Assembly: GCA_021513715.1 (NCBI GenBank)
Contig: CP084167.1
Span: 2,080,001 to 2,144,000, forward strand
Direction: 5' to 3'
DNA length: 64,000 nt
Source of the DNA: Candidatus Heimdallarchaeum endolithica
Lineage (GTDB): Archaea > Asgardarchaeota > Heimdallarchaeia > Heimdallarchaeales > Heimdallarchaeaceae
Shown here: in pieces, positions 39,860 through 49,731 of the stretch
Layout of the letters: every line of letters starts with the position of its first letter
Numbering within the stretch: position 1 is the first letter of the stretch
The notes under the pieces: model-generated
What the model was told of the DNA's origin: nothing
Databases searched by the model: none
The model's input: the letters and a program-made list of their open reading frames with translations, nothing else
Made by a program: the position numbers and the translations under genes

Positions 39860-40540
39860 CTATTCTACTTTTACTGAAGGACCCATAGTCGATTTAAGAT
39901 AAATTGATTTTATGTTACTTGCTCCTCTTTCGAGTTTTCCCTCTACAGCACGAAGTACAGCCATTGCATTTTCTGCTAAGTATTGTGTTTCCATGTTTAT
40001 TGTTCCAATTCGTGAATGTACGACAGGATTTTGCCTCAGACGTAATTTAACGGTTCGACTATAGTTTTTCACTAGGGGTTCTAGTTGTTCGGTTGGCGGG
40101 ACGGGTCTAGGCATTTTTCCTCTAGGCCCTAAATATCGCCCTAATGTTTTACCGATAACAGGCATAAGTTGTGCGCTGGAAATGAAGAAATCATAACTCT
40201 GTGCAATCTTCTTTGCTAACTTAGGATCACGAGATATGTTTTCCAACTCTTTTCTATCAATTATTTTTGATATTTTGAGTTCTTGTGCTTCAATTAGATG
40301 AGAACCTTCACCGAAGAGACAGATTTTTATTTCTTTTTCTATCTCGTGGGGAAGAATAACATCTATCTGAAACCTCTTAGATGGGTCTTTGAGATTTACA
40401 TCCTTAAGATTTATAGCCATATCAATCGATTCAACGAACTTTCTTTTGGGCGATTTTTCTTTTACAGCTTCAATAGCTTTACTAAATTGTTGTTCATTCA
40501 TAATATCAACCTCTACCGCTTCCGTTTGGGATATAACCAA
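39860..40540 (-). CDS. rpl1: 50S ribosomal protein L1
   Basis: KRKFVESID, LGPRGKMP, KSTMGP. Confidence 0.97.
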   Translation of the reverse strand: MVISQTEAVEVDIMNEQQFSKAIEAVKEKSPKRKFVESIDMAINLKDVNLKDPSKRFQIDVILPHEIEKEIKICLFGEGSHLIEAQELKISKIIDRKELENISRDPKLAKKIAQSYDFFISSAQLMPVIGKTLGRYLGPRGKMPRPVPPTEQLEPLVKNYSRTVKLRLRQNPVVHSRIGTINMETQYLAENAMAVLRAVEGKLERGASNIKSIYLKSTMGPSVKVE

Positions 40541-40766
40541 CGGTCAAGCGCGGTTAGAACCTAATATCACCACTTCCATTTTCTTTTTAAAGTTTTTTAA
40601 CTTCGAGAAAATGAGTTGCTCAATCGAATCTTTCAAGATATCAGTAAAAAGATGCAATTTGTATTTTATAGGCTACAGAAAGTTGTTAAACAAAGTTTTT
40701 CTTTTGGATAAACTCCTTTTTTAGAGAAAGAACAAAAATCATTATTAAAACAAAAAACTTATTATT

Positions 40767-40988
40767 TTGCAAAAAAGAATTGGCATGATTTATTTGGAAA
40801 AAAGTGATATCACAAGAAAAAAATTTCCCTTTTCATTAACAATAGATGACATTTTTATCTTATTTGGTATTTTAATGAATGGGATAAGTATAGTTATTGG
40901 TTTTATCCTTGGATTTACAATTGCAAGCCTGTTTCTTCTCCTATGCGAAATAATTTTAGTGGGAATGTATATTTTGAAAATGGTATGA
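40767..40988 (+). CDS. Small two-TM membrane protein (hypothetical)
   Basis: Two hydrophobic segments directly upstream of the HerA-like ATPase. Confidence 0.45.
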   Translation: MQKRIGMIYLEKSDITRKKFPFSLTIDDIFILFGILMNGISIVIGFILGFTIASLFLLLCEIILVGMYILKMV

Positions 40989-41097
40989 CCTAGAGACCTC
41001 TTTCAGTTAATCTAGACTCTATTTTCTCTTTTTTTATCAAACTTTGTGTTTTTATAGGCTATTTAGGTTAACAAATTAAATCGCTAAAAGTGGTTTA

Positions 41098-43857
41098 ATG
41101 TTTAAAAAGCGATATTCTAATTACTCTCAAAATAAAAAAGTTATTCATAAGAAAAAACTTTTTCACCGTAAAATTCTTCGATATCTCATTATTATTATTA
41201 TATCTTTTTTTTCATTTCTATGTATTTTTCATGATCTTCCTGTAAATAGCAAACTAATATTGAGTATCAGGTCACTCTTTGATATAGAAATTAATTTTAG
41301 ATTTTTAGATATTATTAGTTTTTTTTCTACTATGATCATTAAAACAAAGAAAATTCTTTGGAGAATTTTATATACCACTTTAGCACTCTGTATATTTTTA
41401 ATGATAATAAAATTCCTTCCTTTTTCTGAAATAGAAAATGACTCATTCTTTATTGAGAAAAAGTTCGCTTTACCTTATTACAGAATATCGACTATTGCTA
41501 CTGTTCAAAAAAATACGGCTTTATTTCTTCAAAAAAAGTTTTTTGCAGAAAAACACCATCAAGATTTTGTAGAGGATATTTTTAGCTCCTACTTCAGGTT
41601 TAAAATACTGTTGATAAAAGAAGTAAATAACATAATATTTTCATTTGTATTTGCCGAAAAAGGCTTCAATCCAAAGAAAATAGAAAAAAGTATCAAAAAC
41701 AAACTTCTATACATTGAAAACTCATTATTACTCCATTACAATCTTGAAACAAGAGTTTTATCGAAAAAGCAGATAAAACATCTTCGTTTTCTCATAAACC
41801 ACCAGAAGAAGAGATATAGGCTAAACAAAACAAATCTAGAAAAACAAAAAACAAATTTAATGGATAAATTCTATCAAGTTTTTATTAATCCAGAAATAAA
41901 GAGTTCCACATTATATATTAATATGTTTAAACATAAAAAGAAAACGAAATATTCTTGTGATTATTATGTTTCTACAAATACAAATTTGGAAAAAAAAATT
42001 ATCGAAAATTCTTTACATGTTAAATTAAAAAGACTTATTTTTTCTTCCTCTATTTGGCATGTTATTTTTTCAAAAAAACAAGTTAAAAGTTGCAAAGTAA
42101 TTAATAATACTAATGTCTTTTCTTTTTTTCATGTTCCAGATGGAATTACAAGTGGATCAATTTCAGCAATTAGAGAAAAAAATCTAGACTTCAAAAAAAA
42201 AGATAAAATTGACAAAGTTATAGAAGTTGGCTCAATTTTAGAGGGTAATAACAACTTTGAGGAATGTAGGATTAATATTGAAGACATATTGTATAATATT
42301 GAAGTTTATGGAATGGTTGGACAGGGAAAAACAAGTTTTGTGACAAATATTATTTCTCATTTATTGAAAGCAAATATTAATTGTTTAATTTTTGATGTTA
42401 AAGGCGAGTATGCTGCTTCATTTGTTACAAATGAGAATGTAGAGATTTATACAATAGGTAAACCTAATCCGCTCTGTATTAATCTATTTAAAAACACAGA
42501 TGAAGAAGATCTGAAATCAACTATTTTAATAATTGAAGAAATGATGGAGTCATCCAAACAAGAATTTAGCCCTGCAATGAAAAATTTATTTGAAAATACC
42601 CTTTTTTTAACACATAAATCGAACAATCCAAACCTTAGTACTTTTGTAGAAAAATTGTTTGAACTTTCAGAAAAGATTAAAGAGAGGATAAACACTTCTT
42701 ACATTCAACAAACATTAGACGCAGTTCTAAATAGATTAAACTATATTTTTAACCCTACAAATTTTGAGATTTTGGGAGTAAATACTACAACACTAGATTT
42801 TTCTATTCTTGATAGAGGAAAGAGCATAATTTTGGATCTCAGTGAGCTTCAAAAGCGTGCGGCAAGACCATCTGATATTTTTTTAATTACAAATCTTATA
42901 CTGAAAATGTTCTATAAATATGCCTCTTTAAAGGGAACAAGTGATTCTTTACGCTATGTTGTTGTTTTAGAAGAAGCAGTAAACATTATTCCTAAAATAT
43001 ATAACTCAGACAGTTCTGCATCACTAATAACGGCAGAAAACAATTTTCTACTTGGAAGAAATTTAGGGATAGGACATATTACTGTATCTCAACTTTGGGA
43101 AAGTGTAAGTAGTATTGTTCATGGAAATTCAGCAACAAAAGTAATTTTTAGAACAAGTGAAAAGTCTGAATATATCGCTTCAACACTAAACTTACCAGAA
43201 GCAGCTATTAAAAGAATTCACACACTTCCTACTAGACATTGCTTAATACTAAGCAAAAACGATATAAAAGCACAAGAAATAAAAACAAAAGATTGCGAAT
43301 TCAAACCTGTTTCTCAAATAAAATATAGATCAATTCTTAATCAACGATATAAGAACATTCGATACCCATTATTATATAGGAACTTTATTGAAATGCGAAA
43401 TATAATTAACCAGAACATATTCTTCACCAATGAAAATGACATAGAAGTTGAAACAGGAAATAATAACTTACAAAGTGCAAAAAAACTTATGGAATTCAAA
43501 AAACAAACGAAAGTTGAAAGAAAAAGTTCATTACTTTCTAGTATGATTTCTAAAAAAACAGAAAACAACGCATTTGAAATTAGCGACAATATTTTTGAAA
43601 AAGAAAATTTGATTGATTGCGTAGAATGTAAGCATTATAACGATAATAATGCTTGTAAAATAAATGAATACTCTGCAAAATTGATTGTTGAGATATTATT
43701 CTCTCAAATTTCTTCAGATAAAATAACGCAATTAAAACTTTCTCAACTAAAAAAATTAATTCATGTAATATCTAAATCGAAGAAAATAGAACTAACAAAA
43801 AGTTTAGAGTATTGTATTATGATTCAAATAAAGAATATATTACAAATAAAACATTAA
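41098..43857 (+). CDS. Membrane-anchored HerA/VirB4-like (DUF87) ATPase
   Basis: GMVGQGKT, IFDVKGEY, VVLEEA, GRNLGIG...SQ; N-terminal TM helices. Confidence 0.82.
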   Translation: MFKKRYSNYSQNKKVIHKKKLFHRKILRYLIIIIISFFSFLCIFHDLPVNSKLILSIRSLFDIEINFRFLDIISFFSTMIIKTKKILWRILYTTLALCIFLMIIKFLPFSEIENDSFFIEKKFALPYYRISTIATVQKNTALFLQKKFFAEKHHQDFVEDIFSSYFRFKILLIKEVNNIIFSFVFAEKGFNPKKIEKSIKNKLLYIENSLLLHYNLETRVLSKKQIKHLRFLINHQKKRYRLNKTNLEKQKTNLMDKFYQVFINPEIKSSTLYINMFKHKKKTKYSCDYYVSTNTNLEKKIIENSLHVKLKRLIFSSSIWHVIFSKKQVKSCKVINNTNVFSFFHVPDGITSGSISAIREKNLDFKKKDKIDKVIEVGSILEGNNNFEECRINIEDILYNIEVYGMVGQGKTSFVTNIISHLLKANINCLIFDVKGEYAASFVTNENVEIYTIGKPNPLCINLFKNTDEEDLKSTILIIEEMMESSKQEFSPAMKNLFENTLFLTHKSNNPNLSTFVEKLFELSEKIKERINTSYIQQTLDAVLNRLNYIFNPTNFEILGVNTTTLDFSILDRGKSIILDLSELQKRAARPSDIFLITNLILKMFYKYASLKGTSDSLRYVVVLEEAVNIIPKIYNSDSSASLITAENNFLLGRNLGIGHITVSQLWESVSSIVHGNSATKVIFRTSEKSEYIASTLNLPEAAIKRIHTLPTRHCLILSKNDIKAQEIKTKDCEFKPVSQIKYRSILNQRYKNIRYPLLYRNFIEMRNIINQNIFFTNENDIEVETGNNNLQSAKKLMEFKKQTKVERKSSLLSSMISKKTENNAFEISDNIFEKENLIDCVECKHYNDNNACKINEYSAKLIVEILFSQISSDKITQLKLSQLKKLIHVISKSKKIELTKSLEYCIMIQIKNILQIKH

Positions 43858-43882
43858 TAAGTTGCCTTTTTTGTTAGTTTAA

Positions 43883-44886
43883 AAGCATGTCCAAAAATTA
43901 ATTTTTATTAATGTGGGGGTTTATGTCGGAATTATGACTTACTTTCAGATCATAGACCCCCACAAAGTAAGAGAATTCATAATCATTAATGAACCTTTCC
44001 TTAAGAAACTGGTGAAAGAGGAACCGAGAGAAAGTAAGAGAGGGAGAAAAAGAATAGCAGAAAGGTGGGTGATACTGGCTTTAGCAATTATTGCGAGAAT
44101 AGAAGGAATAGCTTGGAGGAAGTTAGAGGAAAAGTTGTCTTTATGCGATTTTTTGATAGAAGAGGGGTGGATGAAGAAGATTCCTTCCAAATCTACTTTT
44201 CATGCAGTGTGGAGAGCGACAGAAAGTAAGTTGCTGGAGCGGTGGATAATAGATTTAGGTAGGGAAATAGTGAGGAAAAAAGGCTTGAAAGCTATGGCAG
44301 TGGATAGTTCAGGGTTTAAAATTCGTCAGGCTTCTGTTTGGCGTTTTCTCAAGTGGGCAAGAGGAGGACTAAAGAAAACCTCTAAACTTTTCTGGAAGAT
44401 ACACCTTATAGTTGGTTTACCCTCTCGAGCTATAGTCTCTCTTGCTCATTCTGCTAGTAACACTCACGATAGTAAAGTCTTCGGTTTGCTCTGGCAGAAA
44501 CTTCCTTCTGCACTCTTGAGACCTTTCCTGCGATTCTATGGAGACTGTGCCTACTGGACAGAAAATATCGTGGGACTTCTTAGCCAACATTCCTTTTTCC
44601 CTGTTATTCCCCCAAAAAGTAATGTTCGTTATCCCTCTCCTCCTCCCCTCGGACCAATAGTTCAAGCTCATCGTCTCTACCCTGGTCTGTATCGTCATAA
44701 TCATCATCCCGAGTATCGTAGTAGTATTGAACACGTCTTTGGTCTCCTCAAACTCTCTCTTCCCCCAATCCTTGATCGTTTACCCTCCACCATCCTCTCT
44801 ACCTTGTACAGTTCTCTCCTCTGTTACAACTACCTTTTACTCCTTCGGACCGTTTAGTTGGTGAAAAAGAATTTTTGGACATGCTT
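43883..44886 (+). mobile_element. IS element (IS4/IS5-type DDE), 1004 bp
   Basis: Terminal inverted repeats AAGCATGTCCAAAAATT / AATTTTTGGACATGCTT; 9-bp target duplication TTAGTTTAA at 43874..43882 and 44887..44895. Confidence 0.92.
43913..44857 (+). CDS. DDE transposase (DDE_Tnp_1-like)
   Basis: AVDSSG, KIHLIV, HDS, YGDCAY, YRSSIEHVFG. Confidence 0.92.
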   Translation: MGVYVGIMTYFQIIDPHKVREFIIINEPFLKKLVKEEPRESKRGRKRIAERWVILALAIIARIEGIAWRKLEEKLSLCDFLIEEGWMKKIPSKSTFHAVWRATESKLLERWIIDLGREIVRKKGLKAMAVDSSGFKIRQASVWRFLKWARGGLKKTSKLFWKIHLIVGLPSRAIVSLAHSASNTHDSKVFGLLWQKLPSALLRPFLRFYGDCAYWTENIVGLLSQHSFFPVIPPKSNVRYPSPPPLGPIVQAHRLYPGLYRHNHHPEYRSSIEHVFGLLKLSLPPILDRLPSTILSTLYSSLLCYNYLLLLRTV

Positions 44887-44969
44887 TTAGTTTAAAATAA
44901 AAATTTACTATCAAATATTTTTTTCAAAGATATGAAGAACAAAGTTCTAACTATTCACCTACTAAAAAT

Positions 44970-45695
44970 TTGCAAAAACTGGTAATATTTATATTCAATA
45001 AAAATAAGGTTGTATCAGAGATGCAAAAAAAACAAAAGGAATCTGAAACAAAAAAGGGTATAACTCTATTTCAAGAAAATATGCCAAAATCCTCAAAAGA
45101 AGTAAATAAACGTAAGAACATGGTGGAAAAAAAAACAGATAAAGAGAAAAAATCCTTCATGATCAAACTTGTTTTAATTGGAGATGGGGCGGTAGGTAAA
45201 ACTTCGATAAGGAGAAAATATCTAGGAGAAGGATTTGTAAAAGAACACCTCGCCACTCTAGGTGCAGACTTTGCTGTAAAAGAAACAACAATAGATGGAG
45301 ATAGTATCAAATTCCAAATTTGGGACATTGCAGGCCAGGAATTCTTTAAAAGAGTAAGAAGTCGTTTTTATCGTGGTTGTTTTGGTGCCTTAGCTATTTT
45401 TGATTTAACAAGAAGAGAAACTTTTACAAACCTTTCTACATGGTTAGAAGAACTTTACCAAAATAATGGTAGAGGAGTAATACCCGTTATTATTTTAGGA
45501 AATAAGAGTGACCTTCCAAATCAAGAAGTTAGCGAAGAGGAGATAGCAAAGTTTGTAGATGATTTGAATAAAAAAACAAAAGAGAAGGGAGTTGAAAACT
45601 TTTTCCTAAAAACATCTGCAAAAACAGGCGTAAATATCGATAAAGCTTTTGCTATTATTGGAAATTATATTGTAAAAAAATTTGAAGATGAATAA
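44970..45695 (+). CDS. Rab/Ras-like small GTPase (start may be downstream)
   Basis: GDGAVGKT, WDIAGQE, GNKSD, TSAKTG. Confidence 0.95.
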   Translation: MQKLVIFIFNKNKVVSEMQKKQKESETKKGITLFQENMPKSSKEVNKRKNMVEKKTDKEKKSFMIKLVLIGDGAVGKTSIRRKYLGEGFVKEHLATLGADFAVKETTIDGDSIKFQIWDIAGQEFFKRVRSRFYRGCFGALAIFDLTRRETFTNLSTWLEELYQNNGRGVIPVIILGNKSDLPNQEVSEEEIAKFVDDLNKKTKEKGVENFFLKTSAKTGVNIDKAFAIIGNYIVKKFEDE

Positions 45696-45924
45696 TACTT
45701 TGAAATAAAATTCACAACAGAATTAGTTTACACATAAAGAGGAACATAAAATATCTACAATAATTTAATATTTAGACTGAATTTTTTTAGACTAAATTTT
45801 TTTCCAAAAAACGAAATAATTCTAGCTATCAAAGCAATATTTTTAAAACAACTTACAAACAGAAAAATCGGAAAAAGCAAAGTTAAGCTTTCTCGCAAAA
45901 AAAATGTAATGAGTGAAATAATAA

Positions 45925-46389
45925 ATGCCAAGCGCGTATGATGTTCCTGCAGATAAATTGATATTACGAATTGCTGAAGAATTAAAGAATAACCCCAATA
46001 TTCAACCACCAGAATGGGCATTATATTCTAAGACAGGTGTTCATAAAGAAAATATTCCTGTTCAAAAGGATTGGTGGTACATTAGAGCAGCTTCTATCCT
46101 CAGAAAGATATACTTAAAAGGACCAATAGGTGTTTCAAGACTCCGTGTAATTTATGGTGGGAAACATCGTAGAGGTGTAAGAAGAGAACATTTCGCAAAA
46201 GGAAGTGGCTCTATTATCAGAAAGATTATTCAGCAATTAGAAAAAGCAAATTATATTCAAAAGAAAACTGATCATCTTAAAAAAGGAAAGGCTATCTATG
46301 GACGAATAATTAGCCCAGAAGGGCAATCCTTTGTTGATCGAATTTCGGCTGAAATAAAGCGAGAAATTCCTGCTTTAGAGAGATATTAA
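45925..46389 (+). CDS. rps19e: 30S ribosomal protein S19e
   Basis: KTGVHKE..P...WWYIRAASILRK, GSGSIIRK. Confidence 0.97.
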   Translation: MPSAYDVPADKLILRIAEELKNNPNIQPPEWALYSKTGVHKENIPVQKDWWYIRAASILRKIYLKGPIGVSRLRVIYGGKHRRGVRREHFAKGSGSIIRKIIQQLEKANYIQKKTDHLKKGKAIYGRIISPEGQSFVDRISAEIKREIPALERY

Positions 46390-46414
46390 GTAATAGAAAA
46401 TTTGTCCTAATAAG

Positions 46415-46765
46415 TTGGTGAGAAAGTTGGGTTATGATGAAGAATTAGAAGAAATTCGACGTCGAAAACTAGCTCAATTACAACAAAATGAAGCAGTACG
46501 ACAGATGCAAAAGGAACAAGAAGCAAATATTGAAGCTCAAAAACAAACTATCCTACGTCAAATTCTCACAGAAGATGCTAGACAAAGGTTAGCAAATGTA
46601 AAATTAGTAAGACCACAATTAGCAGAATCTGTTGAACTTCAACTGATTCAACTTGCCCAACAAGGTGCTCTCAGGAGCAAAGTCAATGATGCTCAACTTA
46701 AAGAACTCTTAAAAAAACTACAAGGACAAAATAGAGAAACAAAAATTGATATAAGGCGAATATAA
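46415..46765 (+). CDS. PDCD5-family dsDNA-binding protein
   Basis: ELEEIRRRKL...ILTEDARQRLANVKLVRP. Confidence 0.93.
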   Translation: MVRKLGYDEELEEIRRRKLAQLQQNEAVRQMQKEQEANIEAQKQTILRQILTEDARQRLANVKLVRPQLAESVELQLIQLAQQGALRSKVNDAQLKELLKKLQGQNRETKIDIRRI

Positions 46766-46920
46766 TGGCGAGAAATAAAGTATTATCCAGAAAACTGCGA
46801 TATGCAAAAAGTATGAAGACAAACAGTTCAGTTCCAAGCTGGATTGTTGTACGAACTAATCGTAGAGTAAGAACTCATCCAAAAAGAAGAAGCTGGAGAC
46901 AAGTAAGGGTTAAAAAATAG
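46765..46920 (+). CDS. rpl39e: 50S ribosomal protein L39e (below ORF-track cutoff)
   Basis: MARNK...VPSWIVVRT...HPKRRSWR; synteny. Confidence 0.95.
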   Translation: MARNKVLSRKLRYAKSMKTNSSVPSWIVVRTNRRVRTHPKRRSWRQVRVKK

Positions 46921-46927
46921 GAGTTGA

Positions 46928-47335
46928 ATGAAAATGTCACAAGAACCTCTCGAAATAATTTATACTATTCCTTTCTTCCCAAAATTAAATAAGACTCCAA
47001 GATATAAAAGAGCTCCAAGAGCTATAAGATTGTTAAAAGAGTATATCCTTAAACATACAAAAGCAGATATTGTTGTGATTGATAATAAATTAAATGAATA
47101 TATCTGGGAAAGAGGAATCGAAAAACCACCTAGAAAAGTAAAAGTTCGCACTTTAGTTGAAATAGAGGAAGAACTTAAAGTTGCAACAGTAAAACTAGTA
47201 ACAGAAAAAGTAGAAGTTGAAGCTCGCCCAGAATTAGAAGGAATCACAGTTCCAACTGAATTAGAGGAAGAGGAAGAAGAGGAAGAAGAAGAAGACACTC
47301 CAGAAGAATCTTCAGAAGAAGAACCCTCTTCCTAA
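46928..47335 (+). CDS. rpl31e: 50S ribosomal protein L31e with acidic tail
   Basis: KRAPRAI, LNEYIWERGIEKPPRKVKV. Confidence 0.96.
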   Translation: MKMSQEPLEIIYTIPFFPKLNKTPRYKRAPRAIRLLKEYILKHTKADIVVIDNKLNEYIWERGIEKPPRKVKVRTLVEIEEELKVATVKLVTEKVEVEARPELEGITVPTELEEEEEEEEEEDTPEESSEEEPSS

Positions 47336-47370
47336 AACTTTTATCTTTTTTTAAAAACAAGGCGATTAAA

Positions 47371-48048
47371 TTGGAAATTTCAAAAGGAACCATTTTAGGC
47401 AATTCAGGGATAGGAATATTTGGATTAGCAACAGACAAGTATGCCATAGTTCCTTTTGGGATCAAAGAAACAACAAAAGAGCTGATTGAAAAGACACTAG
47501 AGTGTAAAATAATTCAAAATTCTGTTGCCAACACTGTTTTACTTGGAACAATGTTAGCTGGTAACTCGAAAACACTCCTAATTCCACCAAATATGACGGA
47601 AACAGAATACAATAACTTTTCTCAATTAGAGGAACTTGATGTCGAGATTGTAGAAATTAAAAGTAAATATACAGCTCTAGGAAATCTCATACTTTTAAAT
47701 GATAAAGGGGCAGTAATAAGTGAAATATTCGAGAAAAAAGCTCAGAAACAAATTGAAGACGCTCTTGGAATTGAAACTACAGTAGGTAATATCTTATCTT
47801 CTCCCTTAGTGGGGACAACAGGATTAGCAACAAATAGAGGCTGTTTAGTTCACCCACTAACAACAGAAGAAGAAAAAAGAGAACTCGCTTCTCTGTTGAA
47901 AGTTAAAGTAGACTTGACAACAGTAAATAGAGGAGTTCCTTACCCAAAAATAGGAATAATAGCAAATTCTACTGGAGCTTTTGTCGGAGAAGATACAACA
48001 GGTCCTGAAAGCATGAGAATTTTTGAATTGCTTCTAAGTTCGCTATAA
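47371..48048 (+). CDS. eif6: Translation initiation factor 6 (aIF6)
   Basis: ALGNLILLNDKGA, TNRGCLVHP, TVNRG, TTGPE. Confidence 0.96.
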   Translation: MEISKGTILGNSGIGIFGLATDKYAIVPFGIKETTKELIEKTLECKIIQNSVANTVLLGTMLAGNSKTLLIPPNMTETEYNNFSQLEELDVEIVEIKSKYTALGNLILLNDKGAVISEIFEKKAQKQIEDALGIETTVGNILSSPLVGTTGLATNRGCLVHPLTTEEEKRELASLLKVKVDLTTVNRGVPYPKIGIIANSTGAFVGEDTTGPESMRIFELLLSSL

Positions 48049-48058
48049 AAAAATAAGT

Positions 48059-48304
48059 TTAAATTTTTAATAAGATAAATGTTTTCCCTCTAATTTCGAC
48101 CAATTTACTATTAGTTAATTTAGCTATATTTTTTGCAATAGGTTCAATAGATTCATTTGGAATAATCTTCAAACACTTGATTTTAACAGCTGAATCTCTT
48201 TTTAAAAGATTCTCAACTTCTTCAATAATAGTTTCTGTAACACCTTTTTTTCCTATTCTAAGTTTTGCTGGTTCTTGTTTAACATGAGATAGTAATTCCT
48301 TCAT
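48059..48304 (-). CDS. yhbY: YhbY/CRM RNA-binding protein
   Basis: LRIGKKGVT, VKIK, IRGKTFIL. Confidence 0.88.
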   Translation of the reverse strand: MKELLSHVKQEPAKLRIGKKGVTETIIEEVENLLKRDSAVKIKCLKIIPNESIEPIAKNIAKLTNSKLVEIRGKTFILLKI

Positions 48305-48311
48305 TGTACAT

Positions 48312-48683
48312 TTACCTTTTTTTGTGTTTATAATATGGGAATCTATTGTATTGACCACAAATATTACACTTAATTGATACAACTCGATTAGTGGATGACA
48401 AACGAACTTTACAGTTTACTCCTGGTTTTAAGAGCGTTTTACAATGGCGACAAATTCTTTTTTTCCAATAATTGGGAAGACTAACACGGGTTCGCATTTG
48501 AATCTTTCTAGCTTGTTCGACATATTTTTGTGCGAGTTTAAAATCAGTTTTAATCAAATGGTCAGCTTTAGTGAGTAAATTGTTAATTTGCTCTATAGCA
48601 ACCTCCCGTAAGATTTTCTTTCTCATTTGTTTTGGTTTAGGTCTTTTTCGAAAGTAAGAATACTTTTTTTCCCAGTTAGTCAT
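48312..48683 (-). CDS. rnp4: RNase P protein component 4 (Rpp21)
   Basis: KRICRHCKTLLKPGVNCKVR...CNICG...RFPY. Confidence 0.94.
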   Translation of the reverse strand: MTNWEKKYSYFRKRPKPKQMRKKILREVAIEQINNLLTKADHLIKTDFKLAQKYVEQARKIQMRTRVSLPNYWKKRICRHCKTLLKPGVNCKVRLSSTNRVVSIKCNICGQYNRFPYYKHKKR

Positions 48684-48708
48684 TAAAAACAAAATCTTAA
48701 CAATTTTT

Positions 48709-49542
48709 TTAACTATTTGGTAGAGTAGAAAAACCAACCCTCTTTTTAATAGTGTTAGATAAACTGTTCTGAATCATTTTACAAAGCAAATCGTTGTCAA
48801 AATGACTTTCAATTGCAGGATAACCTAAAGCAAAGAAAATTTTATTTTGTTCAATTTCTTTTGCTGAAAAAAATCTAACCAATATAGTACAATCAGGATC
48901 GTGAATGTCCAGAAGTTCATTAAACTGATTAAAAAAAATATCTTTTTTCTTTTCGTCTCCTAATTCCTTTGAGATAATGATACCTTGAAGATAGCTATAA
49001 TCTGAATTTTTTACTTTTTTGAATCTATTACTGAGAACAACTTTACACTTATATTGCTTAACTAAACGTTGTAAGATAGGAGTTATCCTCTCATTTTTGT
49101 TAGAAATGGGAATAAATGTGAAAAAAGTAAATAAGGAATCGCCTAATTGAAAAGTTTTTTCACAAATGGTCTTATTTACAGAGCGAAAATAAAACCTTGA
49201 AATCTTATGAGATATCTCCTTATGATTAAGAGGAGAGAGAAATAATCGACTATTGTCTGACAGAAGACTTATCCTTGATTCTAGTTTAACAACAGAGTTT
49301 AAGATATCTGTAGTTTTACTACTACTAATTAAGAAAAAGATCTTTACTGCTTTTTCTTCAAAATGGAAAGTAAAGGAAAGATTTAGCTCAATAATAAGTT
49401 TGACAAGATCTTTTACTGCTTTATTTTTTTCTTCGAAGGAACAGTCTATACAGATAATTGCATAACCAACAATACCAACAAATGTTTTTCCTGATTGAAG
49501 TAATATAAGATTATCAGTGGCTACAATGTCAAATTTATTCAT
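48709..49542 (-). CDS. Hypothetical protein
   Basis: 277-aa ORF co-oriented between ftsZ and rnp4; no motif recognised. Confidence 0.6.
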   Translation of the reverse strand: MNKFDIVATDNLILLQSGKTFVGIVGYAIICIDCSFEEKNKAVKDLVKLIIELNLSFTFHFEEKAVKIFFLISSSKTTDILNSVVKLESRISLLSDNSRLFLSPLNHKEISHKISRFYFRSVNKTICEKTFQLGDSLFTFFTFIPISNKNERITPILQRLVKQYKCKVVLSNRFKKVKNSDYSYLQGIIISKELGDEKKKDIFFNQFNELLDIHDPDCTILVRFFSAKEIEQNKIFFALGYPAIESHFDNDLLCKMIQNSLSNTIKKRVGFSTLPNS

Positions 49543-49731
49543 TTTTCTTTCAATTAATATAATAATTAGAAAGATAAAAAGACCACAAAATTCTTAGATT
49601 ATCAACTTTAAAAAAAGTGCTCTTGGACAACAAGTTAAAATTTAATATTCCACCTTTAAAACAAACAAAGTCAAGTAAACAAAAAAACTAACTAAAATTG
49701 AAAAAACAAACAAAAAAAGTAAATGATGTAG

